Assembly (NCBI GenBank): GCA_951406725.2
Contig: OX597821.1
Span: 40,424,001-40,488,000 of the forward strand
Origin: Octopus vulgaris
Taxonomy: Eukaryota
DNA length: 64,000 bases
Reading direction: 5' to 3'
Position numbers and translations under genes: made by a program. Shown one piece after another: positions 50,101-64,000 of this stretch. The notes below the pieces were generated by a model. That model was given only the letters and a program-made list of their open reading frames with translations. It did not search any database and was not told where the DNA came from. The first letter of the stretch is position 1. Every line of letters starts with the position of its first letter.

Positions 50101-50264
50101 GTTATAAATAATGAATTTATTGATCCAAGCCCTGTGCAATTGGTGGGGTAGATTTAAGGAATGTCTCATCATTGATTGAGAAAGATGCTTGAAATGGCTC
50201 TTGCTGTAGAAAACTACCCCAATAAGTCTTGTTTGAAATATGGCAGCATGGGAAAATCAGATAA

Positions 50265-50370
50265 TCATACATACATACATACATACATACATACATACAT
50301 ACATACATACATACATACATACATACATACATACATACATACATGCATGCATGCATACATACATACATAT
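50265..50370. repeat. (TACA)n microsatellite
   Basis: Directly visible. Confidence 0.95.
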
Positions 50371-50660
50371 ATGTGTATATAAATATATATATTTGCATGT
50401 GTGCATGTATGTTTATCTTCATCTTTATAAGCATCATTTAACATCCATTGTCCAAGCTGGCATGGGTTGTATTTACACACATGCATAGATACATACATAC
50501 ACATACACACACACACATAACAGACTATGAGTCCATAATACTTAGTGTACAAAATTCTGTAAATCTCTTCTTCTTGCCATTAGTCTGTCACAGTCTTTAC
50601 AAATGTACAGGTGAGATAAGAGAAAAATTGATTAAAAAGCAATTTTGTCATGTAACATAT

Positions 50661-51030
<370 letters not shown>

Positions 51031-53867
51031 TATGACTATGAGAATTGCAAAACCCATGTATCATTTTCTAGTGAATGTTTCATGGTTTTCAATTTGACAT
51101 TTTTTCCCCAGCTCCAAATATTAACTTTTATTCATATAAGATATTGTTTTTAACCAGATAATTGTTTATTAAGTGCAATCTTCAAAATACATTAATAAAG
51201 AATTGCTTCTGAAATTTAACAGTTCCCATCGCTGCACACGCATTAGAAATGTCAGGTTTTAAATAGCTGTTTTATGTGATAAATCTTCTGCATAGTAAGT
51301 GACCTAAACACCTTGAGTGGTGAAAATCATAACTGCTTTGTAATAAAATGTTGTTATATAGTTATGTAAAAAAGAAATAAAAATTTGTTCTGTGAGAGGA
51401 AATGAGAAAAGAGAGAAAGGGAAAAGAAACTCTTCCAAAACTTAACTGTAATGTGATTAGTTTCATTGTTTTATTTGGTTATTTATCAGTTAAGACAGTA
51501 AATTTACTCTGAACACTGCAAGACAGGTACTCGCCCTTCTGTCTCACTCTCTTTTCATCTCTCTCGGTCTCCCTGTCTTTCCCTCTCTCTCTGCCATTCT
51601 GTCACTTTTCTCTGATAATTCTTCATGTCAAAACAGCTGTGTTTTTCATTGCATCAGGTGTTTTAGGTCAGTAGCTCCAAGGAAGATTTGTTAGATAAGA
51701 AAGGCAGGAAAAACAAAAAACAAAACCAGCTAAAACCTCAAGCACCAGAATAAAAACATTATGATGTTAATTTCTTGTGTACTTTTGTTTATTTTTTTTT
51801 TATCTTTTAACTCTTTCTTTTCTGTTATTTTTTTTTTCTCTGTTAAATTTCGTTCTATCAGTAAAACAACAACATTCCTCGAAACATAAGAAAGTTATTT
51901 CTTTGCACCCCTCACACACCTTTCTCTCCCTCAAAACAATCAGAAATACAAAGAGTCTCTATTGTTGATCACTTTACTCATTTGCTGTTATGGTAGTATA
52001 CTGTTGGTTTTTTTTTTTATTTCCTTTTTCTTTTGAAATCGTTAATCATATTCTTTGGTTTTTATCCCCAAAGTTTTGACCCACACTTTTTCCTTTTCTC
52101 TTCCTTTCTTTCTTTATTTCTCTCCCACCATCCATTTCTCTCATCCTCCACATTCTATTCTTTTCTTCTACTTTCACCATAGCCTGTTGTAGGAATGCAA
52201 AAGAAGACCTATTTTCTTTCCATAATTGTGACAGTTCAGCTTAAGCAAAAAAAAAAAAAAAAAAAATCATAATTTTAACACGCAAAGGAAGAATTTTCTA
52301 AGCATGGCATGTATAACACAAACAACCACAAAACAAGATTTTTTTTAAAAAGTGCTCTGCATATTCACTATGTTTGCTTCTACCACATTGATCTTCTGCA
52401 TTAACTGGCATTTCATATTCAACAATGTATTTCTGTTAGTTAAACTATATTGTCAGCAGATGTATTGACATTTCGAAGCATAAAGCTTAAACCTAGTTAT
52501 TGACTTGTGAGGTTTTAAGCTTACAAGAGGTGTACATCACACATGAAAGAAAGACAACATTAAGAGAGAAAAAGCAATATTACTCTCTGCAACACCTGTC
52601 TAACTCATGGAGTAACTGTAAAAACAAGTATTAACTAATGAGATTGTTCTATGCAGTGTTATGACAATTTGTTCTAATTACCCAAGGCTATAATAGAATC
52701 TCAAATCTAATCTGGTTAATATCAAGTTATCAATAGAATCTCTGGGCATTCCAGAATAGGCCAGTTTTTGAAATTCAAATTAAACCCTTCAGGCAAGTAT
52801 CCATTTTCTGAATGTTTGTAATATAAAGTTCCAGGTTTGTCAAATTATGAAGTTAATATTAATAAAGTGATAAAAATCCATCAACTTTTAATAGCCAACT
52901 TCTAGATTTTCTATAACATTCTCGACATTACAATCTAAAGTGTGTAATCTTACAGTTTATGAGTTCTTAATCCTTGTAAATAACATTGTTTCAATAGATT
53001 TCACTGTCTATGGGCAAAGCATTTCCTTTTGGAACCAACATTCAAAGAAAAATGGCACATAATTAACCAACATCTAGCGATATGCTTGCTGCATGAAAGA
53101 TATACTTGTCTGGAACCTTCAAAGAAATCTGAAATAAATAATCTTCTATAGATTTTACCAAACCTTGCTAAGCTTTTCACATGATGATGATCGTGATGAT
53201 GATGATGACAACAACAATGACCACAGGAACAATTAAGGAGGTGGTGGTAATGTTGGGGATACGTTTGTTGTTGTTGTTGTTATTTAGCCCCAGGTCAGTC
53301 CTGATTGAACATCTCCATGATCAAAAACATTCCAATCCTCACCGTTCTGCCTATTTAACGTGATATTATCCATTGTAGTCTTAGATCTTTCTTAAGACAA
53401 GTACAGTTCAAGGGAAATTTGTCTGCTACTGCCAGCAGGTTAAACGATCATATAGACACTGTCTTGTTGTTTCTTAGCTTCAGGTTAACCATTCCAAGCA
53501 GACATGTTATTAAAGCTTAATCGTCCTATCTTTACAAACACAAGAATGTGTCCTTTTTGTGGTAGCAGAATGTAATTTCAGGAAGATTAGTCTGATATCT
53601 TTAGCAGGTTGGGTGACTGCTTAAAAGGTTTCCTTTGCTGGTTTTAGTGACCTCATCAACATTTCTTTCATTGGTTTTTATTGACCATATAAGGGCTTCT
53701 CTCATCGTGACATCTTTAATGATGATGCAAAGACTTTTTTCTTTGTTGTGGTGATAAAACATAAACAGAAAGTAGCTACTGATCTATTTACTTGGTGTGT
53801 ACTTGCTGCTCAGTTTTAAATACTCAGCCAGTTATACATGGGAGTATATGAACCTTGCTTAATTTGG

Positions 53868-54066
53868 TCAGCTGGCAGAACCACTACCACACCAGGCAAA
53901 ATGCTTAGTGGCATTTCATCCCTCGTTATATTCTGAGTTCAAATTCCACCAAGGTCAACTTTGCTTTTCAACATTTCAGAGCCAAGAAAATAAGAGCCAA
54001 ATTGAACACAGGGGTTGATTTAATCAACTTTTGCCCCCTTCTGAAATTGCTGGCCTTGTGCCAAAG
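53868..54066 (+). mobile_element. Decayed Nin-core SINE
   Basis: AGCTGGCAGAA..AAATGCTTAG..TTCTGAGTTCAAATTCCACC..GCTGGCCTTGTGCCAAA. Confidence 0.75.
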
Positions 54067-54215
54067 TTATACAGAGCTATATATTACCTTTGCTCAGTAA
54101 AATAAGAAACTTAGTCATTAGCTTTCTGGGGAGGGCTTTGATTCATCTTCATAGATATTCTCATGGTTCCCATATTTTGCAAAGATCATTTTCAGTGCTT
54201 ACTTCTTTCCTAGGT

Positions 54216-55672
54216 GATCATCATCATCATCATCGTCGTTTAACATCTGCTTTCCATGCTGGCATGAGTTGGATGGTTTGAGTGAGGGCTGGCGAGCCAG
54301 AAGGCTGCACCAGGGTCCAGTCTGATCTGTTTCTACAGCTGGATGCTCTTTCTAAAGATAACAACTTCGAGAGTGTAGCGGGTGCTTTTTATGTGCTACT
54401 GGCACGAGGGCCAGTCAGATGGTACAGGCATCGACCATGCTAAAATAGTGCTTTTTCCATGCTACTAGCACAGGAGCCAGTCAGGTGACACTGGCAATGA
54501 TCACGCTTGAATTGTGCTTTTAACAAGCCACTGACACAGGTGCTAATCGGCCACAACAACAATTTCACTTGCCTCAACAGGTCTTCGCAATCACAGGTTA
54601 TTGCCCAATGATAGAAGGGTACTGTTAAATGGGCTGGTTATGCACACATGTATCATACAGTCTACCTTTTACTCTGAGCAAGAGGCCCTTTGTCACTAGC
54701 AGAGTTAGGAGCTCTCTGAACTTTGCCCGGGCTATTCTTATTCTAGCAGCTACACTTTCAGAGCATCCACCCTATTACTGACTTGGTCACCTAGGTAACG
54801 GAAGCTATTAACTACTTCTAGTTTTCCCCCTTAGAATGTGATGGAAGCTGTTTTCTGCATATTTTCAGTGTTTGTTGCTCCTGAGCATTTGCCACACACA
54901 AAAACTACCTTCTCAGTTAGCCTTCCTTTGATATTGCTGCACCTCTTATGTGTCCATCAGGGTACATCTTATGGAGTTTCTGCCTACACCTCTTCTACAG
55001 ATCGAGTAGGGCTATCTACCTGAAGGTAGTGGTTTGTCTATCTTCCTATTTATAAAGACATTGGTTTTAGCTAGGTTGACTCTGAAGCCCTTCGATTCTA
55101 GACCTTGCTTCCACACCTGAAACTTCTCCTCTACTTCCGATAGTGACTCAGCAATTAGAGCAAGGTCGTCAGCATCGAGAAGCTCTCAAAGGCATCTTAT
55201 CTTGAATTCCTCTGGTATTGCCTGGAGGACTATGATGAATAAGTGGAGGCTAAGGACTGATCCTTGGTGGACCCCTACCCCTACTCCTACCTGGAATTCT
55301 TCACTGTACTCATTGCCAAACCCCACCTTACTGACAACATCCTTGTACATGGCTTGTACAGCTCTCACTAACCACTCATCTATCCTTAGTTTTCTCATTG
55401 ACCACCTGATAAGGAATCGGGGGACTCGGTCAAAGACTTTTTCCATGTCAACGAAAGCTAGGAACAGTGGTTTATCTTTGGCTAGGTATTTCTCCTGCAG
55501 CTGTCTTACCAGAAATATAGCATCAGTGGTGCTTTTCCCTGGCACAAAGCCAAACTAGATCTCATCTAAACTGACTCTCTGCCTAATTAGTTGGGCTATG
55601 GCCCCCCTCTGTGACCTTCATTACCTGACCCAATAACTTGATACCTCTGTAATTATTTGTATCTAATGCATC
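54216..55672 (-). mobile_element. RTE-clade LINE, 5'-truncated and internally deleted, with RT pseudogene
   Basis: Reads FGFVPGKSTTDAIF.VRQLQEKY..LAFVDMEKVFDRVPR..GVHQGSVLS..LF, then after a frameshift LLDADDLALIAES..GFRVNLAKT. The 3'UTR and (GAT)n tail are at 54216-54640. Confidence 0.92.
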
Positions 55673-57524
55673 GATCATAAGAATTCAGATGTGGTTGTTG
55701 TTGTCGTTGTTATAGTCATCATCATTGTCATAATCATCATTATCCTCCTAATAATCTCTTCAACACTTCGTGTTCTTGGCTTCTCTCTATTTTGTTAGGT
55801 TGGTACCCTTCATTTGCTCCACCCAGAAGAGATTACTTTGCTGAAGGGGCAAGGTTTTGAACTCAGAACAACTAGAACTGGAAAAGATGACACCACACCT
55901 CTTCCTTTTCTACACCCTAACAATTCTGCTAATCCATGACCCTTGAATGGTCTTTTATCCATTGACCCCCAAAAAGATAAAAATCAAGATTGACCTCAAC
56001 AGGATTCGTAGTCAGAGCATAGAGAGCTGGGACAAATACCCACAAAGTATTTAACCCAACACTCTAACAACTGTACTAATTCACCATAGGCTTTCCAGTC
56101 ATGACCATCCAGCTTTATTTCCTAAGGCATTGTGTACCCAAGTCTGCAGCATCCAAAGTGTCCCTTTATTTCTTTTCAAGAGTGCAATGAGAGGAAGATC
56201 TAGTTGCTACTTTTAGCAAATGGAATGACCACCGTATAGGTTGGAATAAAATGAGATCAATTGTTGTTATAGATCTGAACCAAGATTTTGCAAGAATTCA
56301 CACACACACACACAAATAAACAACATTCTCACCCAACAGAATAGTGCAAATTTTAAAACGGTTGTAAATAAAAGAACAAGAAGCAAAATGCTTTGCAAAT
56401 AATCATTAGGAAAATACAGAGAAGAGAAGAAGGAACCAATCTTATTAGAGAATAAAGAAAAGGTGTGATTTTCTTTGCCATTGCCAAGAGAAAATGGCTT
56501 TGAGTGGTGCATTTTGAAGATGATGGATTCTTTTCCTGAGGAGCAATAGTTTGAATATATTCGAGAAAATAAATGGTAGCACAGTTTTGTTTTTATTTAT
56601 ATTTTGTTCATCTTTTTTTTTTTTGTATAATGGTAAGAAAATTTCTGGAATGGAAACACATTTTGAAAGGAAAAGAATTTGCATAATAAATGTAAATGTC
56701 GAGAGAGGGGGAGGGAAAGAGAGAAAGAGAGAAATAGAGAGCAAGAGAGAGAGATCAACAAGTGAGAGATCAACAAGTGAGAGATAATGATTATAGATAT
56801 AAATATTTATGCTTAATTGTGTATGTATATATATATATATATAAATATTTATTTATCTCAGAGTGCACACATACACATGCACATGCATACACACTTACAT
56901 ATATATATTCATATGCAAGCCTAGAAAAGAGTTGTTTGGTTGATGATGATGAAAATAAGGCTGTCTGCAGGTAAAAGAATATTTGTGTATAAAAATACAT
57001 GGAATGGTAAGAATGGTAACAAGCAGGCAGAATCATTACCATGCCAGAGATAATGCTTAGCAGCATTTCACTTGTCTTTACACTTTGTGTCCAAATGCCA
57101 CCAGGGTCAACTATGCTTTTCCTCATTCAGGGCCAATATAATAATTGTGCATTGATTATGGGATGACCCAAAGATCTCAACCCCTTATCTAAGCCTTTCT
57201 CTTATCTTGTCTAATTCACTCCTCAGCACTATTCCATCTCTATGACACTTGAGGCTTTATTTTACACACACACATGTGTATATATTTGTGTGTGTGTGTG
57301 TGTATCACATGATGGCATTACTGAATAAAATATCAGACTTATTTGTACATCACTGGTCACATCACAATACATCACTGGTCAATGTAAAATACTTTACATT
57401 GTTTTAGCTTTCAAATGATAGCACCCTGCTGACTGGGCGAACAGGGCAACATTATCCCTGATTAGAAGGGTAGTCCATCACAGGGCACTCATTTACAATG
57501 TGTATATATGTGTATTTATATATG

Positions 57525-57560
<36 letters not shown>

Positions 57561-57607
57561 TACACACATGCACACATGAAATAAATACAAGACAGTATAA
57601 ACAACCC

Positions 57608-57650
<43 letters not shown>

Positions 57651-57784
57651 AAAACAAAAACATAAAGTAAAATAACAGAATTTATTTAAAATTTTATTTT
57701 AAGCTGAAACTTCACAAATTTCAAATTTTACTGATTTTCAAGCAATGAAGGAAATTAATCTACAAATGTTTTATACGAGCTTTT

Positions 57785-57927
57785 GCATATGTGTGCATGC
57801 ATACGTATGTGTGTGTATTCATGCATACATACATATTTACATATACATACACACACACACATATATATATATGTATATATATATGTGTATATATATGTGT
57901 GTGTATATATATAATATATATATATAT

Positions 57928-57958
<31 letters not shown>

Positions 57959-58005
57959 TAAAGATATATGTATATATATATATAGATAGATATATAGATA
58001 TATAG

Positions 58006-58037
<32 letters not shown>

Positions 58038-58075
58038 GTGTGTTTATATATATATATACATGTGTGTGTATGTGT
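57785..58075. repeat. Compound TA/GATA microsatellite
   Basis: Directly visible. Confidence 0.9.
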
Positions 58076-58787
58076 GAAATAAAAATTGTTGAATTCAATC
58101 TGCATGCTAATAAGAGAAAACTTTTTGATTTGTTTGTGGAATATAACAATATACAACAGTTAATTTCTTAGATATCGCCTTGAATTTAGAAAGCAATAAA
58201 TAATTAACCATTTACGATGGCAAATTCTAAGTTGATGAACATAAATATTGTTTCAGCTGTCGGACATTCTTGAATTGTTTGCAGCTTGTCACACATTCCA
58301 ACCAATTCAAAGACGGTTCCTTTTGTTAATGTGTTCTTTATATACAATGTTTGTCATCAAAAAGTGAAATTTTTGTTGAAATATTTCAAAATAATTAGCA
58401 GGTGAACATTAGACAGACTTGTATTTTACAGTTGTTACCTTCTCCAAACAGACCAAAAAACTTTTCCATTGTTCATATCTTATTGTTTAACAATCTTTTA
58501 TTTTTATTATTATCTCACATATAAATATAAGCTTGAGTGATTCCTTTCTTTCATTGCTTGAGAATTGGCAAAAGATGGAATTTAGTGTTGCAATTTGTGA
58601 AACTTCAACTTAAAATAAAATATAGATTTGTGTGTGTGTGTGTGTGTGTGTATGTGTGTGTATGTGTGTGTGTGTCATTGAAATTTATGATGTATATAGA
58701 AGCATTGTCTTATAATGTTATTATGGTAACTGAAAGCTTAACAATGTTATATTGTCTACATTGTTAGACTTCCTGCTCTATTTCTTT

Positions 58788-58871
58788 GTGTGTGTGTGTG
58801 TGTGTGTGTCTATCTGTCTGTGTCTGTGTGTGCATGTGTGTGTGCCTTTGTGAATGTTTGTGTTTGTATGA

Positions 58872-58919
<48 letters not shown>

Positions 58920-59005
58920 CTCTGTGTGTTTTTATGAAGGAGCGTGTGTGTGTGTGTGTGTTTGTGACTGAGTGTACCTGTATGCATGTGAGTGTGTGTG
59001 TGTGT
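58788..59005. repeat. (TG)n/(TA)n microsatellite
   Basis: Directly visible. Confidence 0.9.
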
Positions 59006-59459
59006 CAATTTAAAACATATAAACTAATTAATTCATTAAGAATTTAGGATTTTACAAAGAATATTGGTAACTTATGAATTCCAGTAGAGAAATGAGAGCA
59101 AATAGAAATAATTATAAGAGTCATGAATGGGATGTGTGGAGGTTCAGTGCATTCATATATATGAAACAAGGATGGAACTATGTTGCCAGACTGGAGCTAC
59201 CTTGGACAGAGCCACAAAGGATAAGATACAAATCCAGAACAGATGGAAGAATCCACATATTTCCAACAGAGTGGACTTCACTAAAGTCACACAAGGGCCA
59301 GTTTGTGGAAAGGATTCAGGTAATAAAATAAGCAAACGATTCAAGATTAGGAATAATTCCCCTGGTTGGCTTCCATACAGTTTCCATCAACCTAAGTATA
59401 CTCAAAAAACTTCAGTCACATGTTAGTCTCTTGCTTTGTTAAATAGTTTGTATTTCTAA

Positions 59460-59805
59460 TGGTGCCACATATAAAGCACCTGTGCTGGTGCCACATAAAA
59501 AGCGCTGAAGGTGGAGTTGCACAAAAGAACACCCGTACTGGTTCCACATGAAATGCACTGGGGCTGGTGCTATGTAAAAAGCACCCAGCACATTCTGAAA
59601 AGCAGTTGGCTTTAGGAAGGGTATCCACCCTTGGAAACCATGCCAAAACTGACAATTGTAGCCTGCTGCAGCTCTCTGGCTTGTCTGTTGAACCAGACCG
59701 CTTATGCCAGCATGAAAAATGGACATTAAAGGATGATGATGATGATAATGACGACGACGACGACGACGATGATGATGATGATGATGATGATGATGAGGAG
59801 GAGGA
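59460..59805 (+). mobile_element. Decayed RTE 3'UTR with expanded (GAT/GAC)n tail
   Basis: GTTGGCTTTAGGAAGGGTATCCA..ATGCCAGCATGAAAAATGGACATTAAA followed by (GAT)n. Confidence 0.7.
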
Positions 59806-59961
59806 GAATACCAGAACAGTATGGTTGTCAGAAGTTGCTACATAGGCAGAGTAGATACAGTGAAGAAGAACAGTTACAAGTATTTTAAATCAATAGGTCA
59901 GTTCTTGAAAGTAGCAAAGAGAATTTTATTAAAATTTGTTCAGAAAATCGGGGCCACATGT

Positions 59962-60043
59962 ATAAAGTGTGGCTTGCTTTAGAATAGGGTTCACCTGGAT
60001 AAAGTGCAGCTTGCTTCAGAATAGGGTTTGCTTGGATAAAATG
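59962..60043. repeat. 37-bp tandem duplication
   Basis: ATAAAGTG..GCTTGCTT.AGAATAGGGTT..TGG occurs at 59962 and 59999. Confidence 0.85.
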
Positions 60044-60439
60044 CCTGGATTCCAAACTTTTAGTGTGATATTTAGAAATAAAGAACCTCGTTAAGAATAA
60101 ACAACCTAAATCTGTATTTGTAGGAGATCAGCAACAAAGTATTTCACTCTTGTATGGGTCGGAATTTAATAAATAAGGTGTTTAGGAATCCTGGTACTGA
60201 AGCATATTATTTTAAAACAGCCCATCTCTCTCTCTGTGCATGTGTGTGTGTATATGTATATATGCAAATTGATGAATTTATAACAGATATACACCGTGCT
60301 TGTACATCTATAAATTGTTCTGTGTTTTGTGTCTAAGCTTAAATATTTTTGTATTTTATGAAGATATATTTTGAATTCAAATTTTAAGTTAGTATTTGCA
60401 GGTCTTACTTTTTCTTATCTAAGTAGACAAATAAAATAA

Positions 60440-60462
60440 AAATAACAATAATAATAATAATG

Positions 60463-60529
<67 letters not shown>

Positions 60530-60858
60530 AATTATTGTATACAGTGCTCAGGTGCACTTGTCAAAAGTGCATATAAAGCATATGCGGTAATGTGCAAATG
60601 TCTGGGAAGTGAACAGTGTATGAGTCAGATACATGCTTGCGATTGCATGGAGGGGAGAAAATCAGGTGTAGTGTTGGTGAATCTCAGGAAGCATGGAAGA
60701 TTTGAAGGTTGCAGTGCTCCGACAACTAACAACTGATGCTGGCAGTTTGTTCCATGCTTCAGCAACTCTTAGCTTGAAAAAATGTTTTCAAAAGTCATGG
60801 GAGCTGTGCTGTTTTCTGACTTTGTAAACATGTCCACGGGTGTTAGACAGGTGGAGTT
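60440..60858 (-). mobile_element. Second CR1 3' fragment with (ATT)n tail
   Basis: GGCAGTTTGTTCCATGCTTCAGCAACTCT..AAAGTCATGGGAGCTGTG is shared with 48300-48400. Confidence 0.88.
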
Positions 60859-61507
60859 GTCTTGTTAACCAGTATTGATATTTGAAAACTATTGCTCTGA
60901 CTTGTTTGTGCTTTTAGAGTGGGTGAAAAGGCACAACAAAACATTCCCATGTTAACTTTGTTGTGCTCTGACAAATGTATTCAAACCTGTGTCACAAATA
61001 TATTGGTTGTAATAGGTTCTATGTTCAAGATATTTTAAGGCTTCTTGAAATTTGGTGGTGCCTAAACTAAGCAGAACATTATGCTGAAGAATTCTATTAA
61101 TGTTTCAAAGGTTTCCAAACATCATCAATTTCAACACAATGATTTTAATCTAAATTAATTACCTTCTTGGAGATTCCTTATCCTTCTTACCATATTTACC
61201 ATTTCAATGAAGAATGTAAGCAATCTTAAAGAAAGTCTTTCATCAATGTTTATGAGGCATGAACTAAAAGGGCTATACATAAAAGTGGGGTCACCTTGAT
61301 AGTATTTGATCCCAGTACTACAAAACAGTTTAGGCTCTTGTGTTATTAAAATTAGAGTTGGTAATTAATAAGTTATTGTTGAAAAATTTAGTCCATGGCA
61401 TGTTAAAATAGATATGCAATGCGGCCGAAAACAATAATAGTTGTTGAGAAATATAGGCTTCACATTTGATGGAGGGAGGGCCGAAGTTGGGAGACTAGTG
61501 GTTATAT

Positions 61508-61960
61508 TCACGATGGGGCATGCAGGTGTGACAGGATGTACTTCCCTTCAAGTGGGCAAGGATTAAAAACTTCACTTCTGCTGTTCAGGTAGATGCCTTG
61601 GTGCTGGGAGCTCTTTAATATTGCTCTTTTCTCAGCCAGGCACAACCTGCACTTCCTGCTGCTATTGAAGTATTCTTTCCATTTCCCTAGAATATTCCAT
61701 TTTATGCTGTAATTGGTGGTACATTCTTTCAACAACCATACATACTTGGCCAGGGTTGTGGTGTTACATCTCACCAGGATGCTGAAGGAGTACTTGTGAT
61801 TGTTATAGCAGGTTCTGAAAGAGCCTTCAGTTGCTACCACATACTTTTGCACGTTTGGTTACCCATTTAGTCTTATTGCTGTTACCTCTGCCTTGTATAT
61901 GATGGCTGTCATATAACCGTGGCCATTCAGTGAGCATGTTGTGTTACTCCTACATGGTTA
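61508..61960 (-). mobile_element. Penelope-like GIY-YIG endonuclease fragment (second family)
   Basis: Reads CSLNG....IIYKAEV..*..KYVVATEGSFRTCYNNHKYSF..TTLAKYVWLLKE...YSIKWNIL..CRLCLAEK..I..LNSRSE.F..C, a classic PLE endonuclease C-terminus. Confidence 0.9.
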
Positions 61961-62639
61961 TCATGCCGCAATCTCAGATGTTACATTGCTTATGTAACTA
62001 ATGTAGATTATGTAACAGCAGTCATCTAATGGAATGAACATCTGTTCTCTCACTTCGCTTTTCTTATTTAGCCCATTTTTATATATAGCCTCCACCATTG
62101 CTATTTCTGGACTTTTCAGGGCAACAATGAGGTTACATCCTAGCCTTAACCACACTGTTTCTTGATAGCCAGAAACCAAGTTGAAAGTTTACTGTGAATT
62201 CTATTTGATTCTTTGAATCCTATAGTTTTATATTTATATATATATATACAGAGAGACAGACAGACAGACATATAGACAGACAGAGACAGAGAGAGAGTCA
62301 GCAGGTGAGATCTAAAGATTCTCAATGTAGAATTGACTTTTTGCATGCTCCATCTGTCAACATTACAATTATTTTTTAATTCCAACCCTCCAGAAACAGC
62401 TGTTGAACCTGAAATACTATGTCCTCTCCCCTTAGTTTTCTGCATTTTTGTATTCCGTGTAAATCTGTTCTGTAAATATTTATTTGCTTATATATGAATA
62501 TTCCTCTTCTGAATATTTTTGGCGTTTCTTTCTCTCTATATATACTCCTATATATATTTACATGCATATATGTATTGATATTTTATATATCAAGTCCAAG
62601 CATGCTTATTTGTTTATTTGCATCATTATCTCTCTTCTC

Positions 62640-62732
62640 TTACTTGCTCTCACTCTCTCTCTCCCTTTCTCTGTCACTGTTTCTCTCTCTCTCTCCCCCT
62701 CTCTCTCTATCTAACCCTCTTTCTCGCTCTGC

Positions 62733-62787
<55 letters not shown>
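62640..62787. repeat. (CT)n followed by (TA)n microsatellite
   Basis: Directly visible. Confidence 0.9.
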
Positions 62788-62789
<2 letters not shown>

Positions 62790-64000
62790 GAAAAATTCTC
62801 ATTAATCTAAACAAGTGGAAGAATAGAAGAAATGAAGATGAAAATGCTCAGAGAATATATTAGAATTAATTAGAATTTAATTATATTTAAATTATAAGAA
62901 TACACTTGCTCGGCTTCACATTAGATTTGCAATACGGAGCTGTGTCACAAATTATGTCTATTCTGGCTGATGGTGTGTTGTTTAACTATAGTTATTGCTG
63001 TTGGGTAGCACAGGTCACTCTTAATAAACCGTTTCTATAATCTAACACATTTTGGTCAACACTATTGTGTCTTTTATTAATAGTATATCAGGATGGACAT
63101 TGTCTACTGTATTCTCTAACATTTAGCATGCTGGTTGTGATCTGAAGCCAATTTACTTAGCATACCAAAGAACCATGTAGTAGCACCTGCATTGTTATGT
63201 TTGCTTACAAAGAGCTGAAAGTTGAGAATCTAGAGAAGCTAAAATTTCTCTGGAATTTCCACCATTTCCTTAATCTACCATTTCTTTGCTTCTCAGTTGC
63301 TTTATTCCCATGTCTATAATGGTTAGAGTGTGTAGACCTAATGATCAAAGCCATTCAAGTTGTGACCATCCTGTCCTTTTGTAAAGACATCACGTATGTA
63401 GGACTACCATATTCAATTTGTTGTCCTCACTTTTCTATGATGGAAGGGTATGATATTAAATTGGATTTGGCTGCTATTTCTAGCACAGCAAACGACTATA
63501 TGCCAGTCTCTTCTTCTTGCCCTATGTCTTGGTTAGTTTCCTTGGTGACCTTATGACGGGATCTACTGACACTGTTTACAATTAATGACATTTTAATGTA
63601 AACACTTGTCATTCCTTGTTTCATTTAATTTGCTTATCTCCTGCTTTTGTTTTCTCAGACCAACTTGATTCAGACTTGTGCCCCCTGAACTCAATGTAAA
63701 GCAAATATTTCCATGAATTTTTCGTTTTCACAGTTAGAGAAAAATTCCCTTTCTTTGGTAATTCACGTTTCATTTATGTTGACATTAATCCCTGCAGAAT
63801 AAGTGGCAGCCGGTTGTATTATCTTGCACCATATGGCCATTAATTATAGAAGATTAGTTAAAGTGGGGGGAGGGGTTATAATTCAATACAGTATAAATAC
63901 AAACTTTATATTATGCAATTAATAAAGATTTCTTCGACTAATGCAAATATGAAGAATTTGTATAATCAACTGAATTAACGCCATAACATGTTTGGTGCTT

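Noticed and set aside
59074-59340. ORFs 59074-59331 and 59127-59426
   Set aside because: At most a heavily decayed LINE C-terminus and cannot be assigned reliably.
63630-63700. Plus-strand acceptor TTTTGTTTTCTCAG followed by QLDSDLCPLNSM*
   Set aside because: Too short, no homology and no upstream partner exon. Such sites are common in T-rich DNA.

Overview
AT-rich, repeat-dense, essentially non-coding animal genomic DNA. The SINE/LINE families and the extreme (TA)n/(TACA)n/(AAT)n/(CA)n density suggest an octopus (coleoid cephalopod) intron or intergenic region; this is inferred, not proven. No intact host gene, rRNA, true tRNA or CRISPR is supported, and almost all listed ORFs are microsatellite artefacts. 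Recognisable coding remnants are all transposon-derived: Penelope-like GIY-YIG (two), RTE RT/EN/C-terminal pieces, CR1 RT C-terminus (two), R4/Dong REL endonuclease (two), a HERO-like C-terminus and a mariner N-terminus. At least three tRNA-derived SINE families (several with clear TSDs), a Helentron-type HINE and a hAT MITE are also present. The most interesting non-annotated signal is a set of decayed minimal hammerhead-ribozyme motifs of the Penelope pLTR type, from three unrelated families. Two of these families sit in head-to-head fold-back structures, alongside several other long inverted repeats that could form dsRNA. A CpG-retaining segment at about 49.8-50.1 kb, with paired GTCATGTGAC E-boxes and an ATG-to-donor mini-exon, is the best candidate for host-gene structure (minus strand, low confidence). 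All assignments were made by eye and boundaries are approximate unless a TSD or TIR is quoted.
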